Assembly (NCBI RefSeq): GCF_000195975.1
Contig: NC_005070.1
Span: 930,001 to 962,000 of the forward strand
Source of the DNA: Parasynechococcus marenigrum WH 8102
Lineage (GTDB): Bacteria > Cyanobacteriota > Cyanobacteriia > PCC-6307 > Cyanobiaceae
Reading direction: 5' to 3'
Length of the DNA: 32,000 bases
A program made the translations under genes and the position numbers. Of this stretch, positions 1-11,500 are shown in pieces. Numbering within the stretch: position 1 is the first letter of the stretch; the number at the start of each line of letters is the position of its first letter. The notes beneath the pieces are model-generated. The model was not told the origin of the DNA. It saw nothing but the letters and a program-made list of their open reading frames with translations, and ran no database searches.

Positions 1-2560
1 TAACTTTGCCAATCTTGGTGCTCTATTCTCTGTAAAAGTAGGCAGCCAGACGTTGAGTTATGGAGCTAGCGGTGCAGGCACATTTAGCCTCGGTAAGGAT
101 GGATCCAATAACAACAAGTTAGTCTTTACGATCAATACAGAAGCTGATTATCTGCAAAACGATCAAGAGATTGTTGAAATTATCTATAACGCTGATCCCA
201 GCTCGACGACGCATAATTTAGTTGATTCTGACGGGAACCAAACAACAGATTTCACATTTACTGCGGCTAATAGCTTCTTAGCACCATCTGTTTCCAGTGC
301 AACGACGACCAGCTCGAATGTCGTGACAATGGTACTGTCTGAGAATGCATTGAGTAACAGTGCCAATCTCTCAGCCATTACTAATTTTGCCAATCTTGGT
401 GCTCTATTCTCTGTCAAGGTAGGTAGCCAGACGTTGAGTTATGCAGCTAGCGGTGCAGGCACATTTAGCCTCGGTAAGGATGGATCCAATAACAACAAGT
501 TAGTCTTTACGATCAATACAGAAGCTGACTATCTGCAAAACGATCAAGAGGTTGTTCAGATTATCTATAACGCTGATCCCAGCTCGACGACACATAATTT
601 AGTTGATTCTGACGGGAACCAGACAACAGATTTCGCATTTACTGCGGCTAATAGCTTCTTAGCACCATCTGTTTCCAGTGCAACGACGACCAGCTCGAAT
701 GTCGTGACAATGGTACTGTCTGAGAATGCATTGAGCAACAGTGCCAATCTCTCAGCCATTACTAATTTTGCCGATCTTGGTGCTCTATTCTCTGTCAAAG
801 TAGGCAGCCAGACGTTGACTTATGGAGCTAGCGGTGCAGGCACATTTAGCCTCGGTAAGGATGGATCCAATAACAACAAGTTAGTCTTTACGATCAATAC
901 AGAAGCTGATTATCTGCAAAACGATCAAGAGGTTGTTCAGATTATCTATAACGCTGATCCCAGCTCGACGACACATAACCTAGTTGATTCTGATGCTAAT
1001 CAGACAACAGATTTTACATTTACTGCGACTAATAGCTTCTTAGCACCATCTGTTTCCAGTGCAACGACGACCAGCTCGAATGTCGTGACAATGGTACTGT
1101 CTGAGAATGCATTGAGCAACAGTGCCAATCTCTCAGCCATTACTAATTTTGCCGATCTTGGTGCTCTATTCTCTGTAAAAGTAGGCAGCCAGACGTTGAG
1201 TTATGGAGCTAGCGGTGCAGGCACATTTAGCCTCGGTAAGGATGGATCCAATAACAACAAGTTAGTCTTTACGATCAATACAGAAGCTGATTATCTGCAA
1301 AACGATCAAGAGGTTGTTCAGATTATCTATAACGCTGATCCCAGCTCGACGACACATAACCTAGTTGATTCTGATGCTAATCAGACAACAGATTTTACAT
1401 TTACTGCGACTAATAGCTTCCTAGCACCATCTGTTTCCAGTGCAACGACGACCAGCTCGAATGTCGTGACAATGGTACTGTCTGAGAATGCATTGAGCAA
1501 CAGTGCCAATCTCTCAGCCATTACTAACTTTGCCAATCTTGGTGCTCTATTCTCTGTCAAAGTAGGCAGCCAGACGTTGAGTTATGGAGCTAGCGGTGCA
1601 GGCACATTTAGCCTCGGTAAGGATGGATCCAATAACAACAAGTTAGTCTTTACGATCAATACAGAAGCTGATTATCTGCAAAACGATCAAGAGGTTGTTC
1701 AGATTATCTATAACGCTGATCCCAGCTCGACGACACATAACCTAGTTGATTCTGATGCTAATCAGACAACAGATTTTACATTTACTGCGACTAATAGCTT
1801 CCTAGCACCATCTGTTTCCAGTGCAACGACGACCAGCTCGAATGTCGTGACGATGGTACTGTCTGAGAACTCATTGAGCAACAGTGCCAATCTCTCAGAC
1901 ATTACTAACTTTGCCAATCTTGGTGCTCTATTCTCCGTCAAAGTAGGCAGCCAGACGTTGAGTTATGGAGCTAGCGGTGCAGGCACATTTAGCCTCGGTA
2001 AGGATGGATCCAATAACAACAAGTTAGTCTTTACGATCAATACAGAAGCTGATTATCTGCAAAACGATCAAGAGGTTGTTCAGATTATCTATAACGCTGA
2101 TCCCAGCTCGACAACGCATAATTTAATTGATTCTGACGGGAACCAGACAACAGATTTTACATTTACTGCGGCTAACAGCTTCTTAGCACCATCTGTTCAA
2201 TCACTTACAACTCCGACTAACAGTTCAGTTAAGCTGATATTGACGGAAAATGCGCTTTCCAATTCTACTAATATCTCCTCTATTACTAACTTTGCTAGTC
2301 TTGGTGGTCTATTCACTCTCAAAATTGGCTCACAATCCTTATCTTATGGTACTGGTGCTGGCACATTTAGCTTGACCAAGGATGGCTCTAATAATAATAT
2401 ATTGATATTTACCATCAACACTCAGGCAGACTATATACAAAATGTTGAAGAATCTGTTCAGCTTTTATATAATGCAGACTCTAGTTCCACCACACATAAT
2501 CTGATTGATTCTGACGGTAATCATACTTCCGACTTTAATCTCGCGGCTTCTGTTTCTTTC
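1..2560 (+). repeat. In-frame tandem array with 381-bp (127-aa) period: 6 near-identical copies (first truncated by the window edge) plus 1 diverged copy
   Basis: The string c(a/g)atcttggt recurs at nt 10, 391, 772, 1153, 1534 and 1915, an exact 381-nt spacing. The diverged equivalent tagtcttggt is at 2296. Copies differ by only a few nucleotides. Unit = FSVKVGSQTLSYGASGAGTFSLGKDGSNNNKLVFTINTEADYLQNDQEVVQIIYNADPSSTTHNLVDSD(G/A)NQTTDFTFTA(A/T)NSFLAPSVSSATTTSSNVVTMVLSENALSNSANLSAITNFA(N/D)LGAL. Confidence 0.95.
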
Positions 2561-5500
2561 CAAGCAGCACCTTCAGGTCAAATCGTAATTTCTGATATTC
2601 TAGAAAATTCAACGCTTTCACTTTCCTCTACCGATATTCTTTCACTTATCTCTGATCCTAATAATGACACCTTAAATACTTCTTCCATCACCTCTCTCTC
2701 TATTGCAGCTACAAGTAATGCAACTGTAGCCTTAGGTTCTTCAACACTCACTGGTCCTGTGAGTGATACATGGACATTCTCACCTGGCGACTTCTTTGGT
2801 GAGGTTCAGCTCACCGCTGTCGTTAATGACGGCAATAGTGGTGGTGCATTATCAACAACATTTACTTCCACCTTTAATGTTTTACCAGTAAATGATGCAC
2901 CAGTTCAGTCATCCTCTGCTACTTTGTCGTCTGTTGCAAGAGGGCAGAATAAAGACATTACACTTTCTGATTTACTTGGTAATATTACTGATACTGAGAC
3001 CACACAGCTGAGTGGTACTTTAACCTCCGATCTATCTATTGTTGGAAACTCTGTATCGACCAATAAGGGTACTATTACTTACGACAGTGTGAATACTAAG
3101 TGGGTTTACAATTCAACTTCTACCAATTCAGCTGGAGACTCAATCACAGATAGTGGGAGTGTCACTTTATCATATGTCGTCACAGACGGCACTAACCAGG
3201 TATCAGCATCAGCAACCTTTACTGTTGATGATACTAATGCTGCACCTACTGGCTATATAGAGTTCTCTGATATTTTAGAAAATTCTATTTTAAAGTTTAC
3301 TTCTGCTGATATACTTAACAGGATTTCTGACCCTAATGCCGACACTCTAAATTATGCTTCAATTACTAGCCTTACTATTGTAGACAACTCTAATAACTCA
3401 TCTATACCCAATGGTTCACTTCTCCGTCAGGATGATACATCCAATAACTTATCGAATTTTACTTTTTCACCTGCTGAATTTACTGGTGTTGCTAAGATTT
3501 CTGCAGTTGTCGAAGATGGCAATGGTGGGTCTACTACGTTTACGACTACGTTTAATGTTCTTTCCGTTAATGATGATGCACGCTTCAATTCCTCTGATAG
3601 TGTCTCTCCTACCCTTTTATCAGCTTCGTTATCCTCAGCTGATTCTAAGTCTATAAGTTTATATTTCTCGGAGTCTCTTGATAATTCTATTGTTATTGAA
3701 AATAATACATTTGTTGTTAAGGATTCCAATAATGCTACACTTTCTTACACTGTTACTAGAGACACTACTGATTATTCCTCCAACGACTCTGTTATAACTC
3801 TTGTACTTGATTCAGCGATTTCTGATACTAATAATTTAACTGTTTCATATTCTGGATCATCAATTGTAGACGCCTCTAGTGCAAACTCGTATGCTGGTAA
3901 TGCTTTGTCTGCATTTAGCAATCAGGTCGTTTCTAATACACGTGTTAATAGTCCTTTAATTATAAGTGGAAGTCTTGGGCTTGATGGTAAGACTTTAACA
4001 CTTAACTCCAGCAAGGCCCTTGATTCAACTGACGTTATTTCTTCATCTACATTTACTGTCCAATCCTCAACAGACGGTTCTAACTGGGTGACTGTTCCAT
4101 ATTCTGTTGATGGCGATTCTTCAGACTATATTAACACTGCTTCTTCTATTGTATTGAAACTAGATGATGCCCTGATGTATTCACATCAGGTGCGCGTTAG
4201 CTACGCTTCAACAACTATAGAGGATTCTTCTCAAACTTACGATCTTGCCACGTTTAGTAATTTCTCTATACAAAACCGTTCTAGTGTCTTCACTCTTGAA
4301 TCCCTTGCCTCGACCAATTCAGTTATTTACGAAGACCTTGGTTTTGATGGTACGCCAACAACAGCACAAATAATTTCTCTTGCTGCGGAAGGTACTGTTA
4401 ATCCAGATTCAGTTGTTGTTGGTAATTACTATACCATTGAGTCTGTTGGTAGTACTGATTGGACTGCGATTGGTGCTTCCGCTAATGCTGCTGGTACCAC
4501 GTTTAAAGCCACGAATACTGGCACTGGCAATGGTACAGCTTCTACTAATTATTTAATTCTAGATTCTGAGATACTTGGCAAGTATTATGATGTTGAGAGC
4601 TCAGCTCTTTCGCTTTATAACGTCGTAGCTGACAATGGTACCTTTAAACGCAATGATGCTAATACAGGCTGGTTCTATCGACCTGTGGTTAACTATTCAG
4701 GTCAAGTAGTTGTTTCATTTGATGTTTTTGATGGTACTTCTTTTACCCCTGGTAGTGCCACGTTAGATGTTCAATCGATTAATGACATACCTGTCAGGAT
4801 TGCTGGTAATGTTTCAGGTATCATTATTCCTGAAGGGGCTTCAACCGATACGTCACCTCCAACGCTTGCTCATGCTTCTGTAAATGGTTCATCTGTTTTA
4901 CTCCACTTCTCTGAGGCTCTAGATACTTCTACGGTAGTCAACTCCAGTATGTTTGACATTAAAGTTGGCGGGAATGAGGTAACTTATACTGTTAATGGTA
5001 GTACTGCTGATTATTCCAAATCAAATACAACTCTGTCTCTTACACTTTCAAGTGCTGTTTCGGCTACCGATGTTGTAACCATTGATTTTCCCTCTTATAC
5101 TCGCATAACAAGTCTTGGTACAACGACGAACTGGACTAATCATGGTGCTGTCCAAACCGCAGCTGGCAATTTTGTTGTGGGTCGCGAATACATTATTAAC
5201 ACAGCAGGTGATACTTCGTTTACGGGTATTGGGGCTACTAACAATAATGTTGGTACTGTGTTTATTGCAACTGGTGCCGGTAGTGGTTCAGGCAATGCAT
5301 TAGAGACAAACTTCGTAGCTACATCTTCGATAACTGGTGATGGTGTCTCTGTTGATAATGTGCTCAAGGACACTGCTTTCTCGGCAAATAAACTAGTTGC
5401 ATTTAGTGGAAGTTCAATTTCTAATATTACTGGGACTGATACTACAGTTCCGGTTCTTACCAGTGCTTTACTTGCTCCTGATGGTAAGTCTGTCAAACTA

Positions 5501-8500
5501 GTCTTCTCAGAGCCTTTAGATACATCTGTTTCATTAAATAATTCTACCTTTAACGTCAAAATGTCTGCTGATGGTGTTAATTACTCCGCTCACTCATATT
5601 CTATTGATGCAACCAGTGCTGCTTATTCTGATGGTGATTCAACTATCAGCTTAACCTTTGCCACCGCTGTCGACTATCAAGCCCTCCTTACCCTTGATTA
5701 CCAAGGCACCAACATAAAGGATACTTCTGGTAATGCCTTGGCCACAATCGCGACTGCTTCACCGATGTCTATAAAGAACAATGTTCGTGTTTCTTTGGGT
5801 CTATCTGCGCTTTCCTATCTACCTGGTCTTGGTGATGATGAATCTATCAATTCTTCCACTATTCAAACGCTTACTTACAAGATTACAGCTTTACCCTCTT
5901 CTTTAGTTGGCCAACTGCAGTTGATCGATGGTACTCCAGTAGTCCTTAATGACACCTATAGTATTGATCAGCTCAGGCAACTTCAATTTGAATCTTTCTC
6001 TGGTGCAAATGGTACTACTTCCTTTACTATTAATATAGCTGATTCCGCCGGTTCCTCTATTAATGAGGTGATTCCAATCGGTACGTCTTTTGTCAACGAC
6101 GGTCCAATCCAGACTGGCCCTGCTTTTGTATTTAGCGCTGTTCAAGAGGATAATACGTTAGATATTACAAAGGCTCAGTTGCTGACAGGTTATGTTGATG
6201 AGGAGGGCAACCCAATGTTTGTTAATGGTTTGTCAGCCTCAAACGGCACACTTAGTCAATCTGGTGACACATGGACGTTCACTCCAATAGAGCATTTTGT
6301 CGGCACCGTTGACCTAATGTATGTTATTAATGACAGTAATGGTGGCGGAATACTTGCAACCAACTCTTTTCAAATTACAGAGGTTAATGATGCACCTGTT
6401 CGTGATGATGGTTCAAGCTTTAATACTTTAACAGTACTTGAAGATGGTCCAGTCTCCTCGATGAATCTTCCATCGACACTTTCGTACTCAACTGGTGGTG
6501 AGGGTCGTTCTACTGGTGAAACCTCTCAGTCCCTCACCTATACAGTTACTTCTTTACCTGTCACTGGCGGTGGTGCCTCTGCTGGCACTATATATAAAGA
6601 TAACGGTACATCTGTCGCTGCCGGTAGTTTTGTTAGTGGTACAAAGTATTATATTTCAGCTTCGGGTACTACTGATTTTACTCAAATCGGTGCTGCTAAT
6701 AACAATGTCGGTACTAGCTTTACAGCAACAGGAGCCGGTGCCGGCACTGGTGAAGCAGTAGCTATAACAACAGTTGACTTATCCAATCCTTCACTAACTC
6801 TTACCGAACTAAAAGGTCTTAAATTTCAACCTGCTGCAAATATAGTTGGTACTTTTACTCTGGGCTTCACTGTTTCTGATGATGGCCCTAATACCAACGA
6901 CGGAAATGTAAAGACCGATAAAAATAGTCTTACTCAATCTGTTGGGATTTCAATTCTTAATTTTAATGATACCCCTGTTTTACCAACCCCATCTATTGCT
7001 TTCACATCGAATGGAACAGAGGACACTGCTTTTACATTTACAGAAGCAGATTTTCTAGCTGGTGTGACAGACCCTGATCTTGATTCCAACGCTAATCCCA
7101 CCAATCCCTTTGGTGATGTGTTATCAATATCTAATCTTTCCGCTTCGAATGGTACATTAATTGGCCCCGTGAATGGGGTTTATACGTTCACACCGAGTGC
7201 TAACTTTAACAGTGATCTTGGTGGTGTTGTTACTTTTAATTATTTGATTAATGATGGCCAAGGTGGCTCCATCGCTAATACTATTACAAGGACTATTGAT
7301 CCCGGCAACGACTCCCCTGTTGCTACTTTTAATACTGCACAGTTTGCCTCTGAGAATGGAGGTACTCTTACAGGCCAGTTAACTGCTACCGATATTGAAC
7401 TTTCTCGAGGTGACAATGCTGGTAAAACCCTCACTTACACTCAGACGAATACTGTTGCTGGCTTTGCTCTCGCTGTTGATGGCTCCGGTTCATTTACATT
7501 TGATACTGCTGATACTACCTATCGTTACTTAGCACTTAACGAAACACTTACGCTTACTATTAACTATCAGGTTACAGACGAGGTTCTTGGTACTAATTTT
7601 GGTAGTTTAACAGCTCAGGACCTCGCAAACACTAAAGGTTCTTTCACGATCACTCTGACTGGTTCGAATGACGATCCTTATGCAGTAGGCGGTGCCTTGG
7701 CTGCTCTTACGCCGGGAACGGAAGATACGACGTCTACCTTCACCATTGCAGACTTGACTCAAGGCTATGCTGATTATGATACCTCTGATGTTTTAACTGT
7801 TCAATCACCTACTGCCTATAAGGTTGTTGACGGTGTGACCACTGACGAGATTGTTGGCTCCTTTACTCCTAACCTTGTCAATAATATTCTGCAAAGCTAT
7901 ACCTACCAGCCATCTGCCAATTTTACCGGTAATTTAGAAGTCAAATATGTTGTCTCTGATAGTAAGGGGCCCGGTATCGCAGGTTCGTCAACTCTTGTCA
8001 TCAACGCGGTGAATGACACGCCTGTACCGACGTTTGCCTTCAACCAGTCCGCATCGGAGGCTGGTGCTGTCGTGACTGGTCAATTAACTGCGGACGATAC
8101 TGAAATTACTACAGGCGAACAAGCAGCTACTTCCCTTACTTATTCATTAGTTGGAGATGCTATTGCAGGTCTCACCATTGCCGCCGATGGACAATTCACC
8201 TTTGATCCTACGAATGCTGCGTATGAGTATTTGGCGAACGGTGAAGAGCAGGTAATTACGGTTAATTACCGAGTCACGGACCCTGGCAATTTGTTTGCTG
8301 ATAAGTCATTTACTATTACTATTAATGGTACAAATGACAATGTTGTTGTTGATTTGAACGCAATCGCGACTCTTGCTGCAGCAACAGAAGATACTGCTTT
8401 CGTTGTCAGTATTGATCAGCTTTTACAGGGCTTCAGTGATGTAGATACCTCAGATGTTTTGGTCGTTCAGGGTCTGACCGCATTTAAGGCTAATGCTGCT

Positions 8501-11500
8501 GGCACTGCTCTCGATGAAGTTGCAGGTACTCTCACTCGTGTTGAGACCAATGGTGTGCTTACTGGATATCAATTCACGCCAGTCGCCAACTACAACGGTA
8601 ATGTTGCACTGAAGTACACTGTTGTTGACGGCAATGGTTCTGATATCGCTGGCTCACTTGTTCTCAACGTGAATGCAGTTAATGATATTCCTGTCCCGTC
8701 CTTTGGTATCAATCAGGTTACATACGAGGCCGATACATTGGTTACCGGCCAATTAACTGCTGATGATATTGAGATTGGTACTGGTGAGCAACTTGCAACA
8801 TCTCTGATTTATACGTTATCCGGAAATGCAATTCCTGGCTTTGCTATTGCCAACGATGGGGCTTTCACCTTTGATCCCACGAATCCTGCGTATGAGTACT
8901 TGGCTGCTGGTGAAGAGCAGGTGATTACGGTCAATTACCGTGTAACTGATGCCGGCGGATTGTTTGCTGAAAAGAACTTTACCTTCACCGTTAAGGGTAC
9001 GAACGACGATCCTGTCGTTGACTTGGGTGCCATCGCGGCCCTTGCAGCTGCAACTGAGGATACGCCTTACACTGTGAGTGTTGATCAGCTTTTACAAGGC
9101 TTTAGTGATGTTGATACTTCAGATGTTTTGGTCGTACAAGGCCTCACGGCGTTTAAGGCCGATGCTGCTGGAAATGCACTTGATGACGGTGCTGGCACTA
9201 TTTCTCGCGTAGAGGTCAATGGTGTTCTTACTGGGTATCAATTTACTCCTCTTGATAATTACAATGGTAATGTAATACTTAAATATACCGTCGCTGATGG
9301 TAATGGCCCTGGAAGAGCTGGATCCTTGCCCCTTATTGTTAATGCTGTCAATGATCTGCCTGTTCCCACCTATGATACAAATTTGGTTAATACAGAAGGT
9401 AACGAATTAGTCACTGGCCAGTTAACCGCAGTTGACAACGAGATTATTACTGGCGAGCAACTTCCAACTTCACTGACTTATACACTGTCTGGCAATGCAA
9501 TACCGGGACTGACTATTGCTGCAGATGGGGCGTTTACCTTTAATCCTCAGGATGCTGCTTATGACTATTTGGCATTTGGTGAGGAGCAGATAATTAATGT
9601 TAACTATAGAGTAACTGATGCTGGAGCTTTGTTTGCTGAGAAGACCTTTACCATTACTGTTAAGGGTACAAATGATGATCCCGTTGTTGATGTTAACCAA
9701 ACTGTAGCACTAGCTGCTGCCACCGAAGATACCGAGTACTTAATTACAACCGCTGATCTTCTCGCGGGTTATAGCGATGTTGATACAACAGATGTTTTGA
9801 CTGTTGAATCACTCGTTGTATACAAAGCTGATAATGCTGGACTTCCTACTACCGAGTTAGGAGGTTCCGTGACGCCTGTTGTTGTGAATGGTGTTACAAC
9901 TGGTTATAATCTTCTGCCTGCTGATGATTATTTTGGTGATGTTGTTGTCACCTATATTGTCTCGGATGGCAATGGGCCTGGAGTACCTGCTACCTCGACT
10001 ATTACTGTCAACCCTGTAGTTGACGTTCCTCGTGTAGGTAATCTAGGTGAAAAGGGATTGAATTTAGGTCAAACACCTGAGGATACTCCTACTACCTTCA
10101 CCACTGCTGATTTGTTAGCAGGCTTTACTGATCCCGATGGCTTCGAATTGACGATTAAGCCTGATTCTGTGACAAACGCCTATTCCACGATTACTTTGGA
10201 AGGTGATACCTATACCTTTACACCTAATCTAAATTTCTCCGGTTCGACTCAAATTGATTTTACAGTTGTCGATGCTGCTGGTAATGAGGTTCCATTTTCA
10301 AAATTTATCGATGTTATTGAAGTTAATGATCCGCCTTCGATCACTCTTGATCGCGATGCATTGGATTCCGATTATAAGTCTAAGACATATTTGATTCCGT
10401 TTGAGCAGATTTTCGCTGTTGTTCCAGCTAATCCAGTGGTTGAGCTTATTGATCCTGATTTATCTATTACAACTCAAGTCGTTGGTGATTCACTGAGTAT
10501 TGAAATTCCTGCTGCCTATACTGAGGACGTCTCATTTATGTTTGGTGATACCGTTGTTGATCCAAACTCTTTATTTACGTTAGACGTACTTAGACCTTTA
10601 CAGGTTTCTGACCGTAATGTTGTAGCTGGTTTTGAACGCTTCTTTGCCTTATCTGATTTTGGATTCGGTGATGTTGAAGGTTTGCCTTTACAGTCTGTTC
10701 TGATTCAGGTGCCTGATACATCTCTTGGTACTATTCGTGTTGGTTCGGGTAACTTTGACACCGACACTGAGAATGTGATTCAGCTCACCCCACTCGCTTC
10801 TAGTGATTTCAACCAATCAAATGTTTTTGAGGTTACACGGGAACAAATTGAGACCGGTAGTGTTTATTTTGTTGCCAATCCTTCTCCACTAAATGCTGGC
10901 AAGTCTGCTGATCTTGAATTCATAGTAAAAGATGAGAGTGGTGATCTGTCAACACTCCCAGGTCTGCTTAGAATTACTATACAAGAGGCACCAGAATCTG
11001 TCCAAGATTTTATTGCTAATTCAACTTACGAACCTATTTTCGATGCCGAGCTTGGACTTAATCGTTTTGACTCTGTTGACACCATAATCTCTTCTATAGG
11101 TATAACTCGTGACGAAGCCTTGTCTGTTATACGTTCTACTTTGCCTATTCGCACTGCGGCCAATAGCTTTGATGCCAGTGTAGAGACTCCTTTCAGTTAT
11201 GTAACCCAAAATGAGGTTGAATATCGGTGGGATATTGGAGCATTTGACATCTTTGAATATGATTTCACCAGTAACACGCAAACCCTGGTTCTCGACTTCG
11301 CTTCTTTAACAATTGATTCCGACCTATACCAACATTTTGCCGACCTCTATACCTATTCATTAGCTAATGATCTTGATAATGCTTATTTGGCTAGTAAACT
11401 TGTTGAGTTAATTCCTGGTTCTAATGACCGGCTCAATAAGATTGAAGATGCATTTTCTCTTTCTAATTACGATGATATATATAGCTATTTGACCGCTTCT

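Noticed and set aside
184-798. Two identical-length 77-aa minus-strand ORFs (184-417 and 565-798) with nearly identical sequence
   Set aside because: They are antisense shadows of consecutive copies of the 381-bp coding repeat, exactly one period apart. They lie inside a much longer, clearly coding + strand frame.
1-2560. Regular tandem repeats that might suggest a CRISPR array or satellite
   Set aside because: The repeats are contiguous with no unique spacers. The 381-nt period is far too long, and the array is in-frame protein-coding sequence within the giant ORF.
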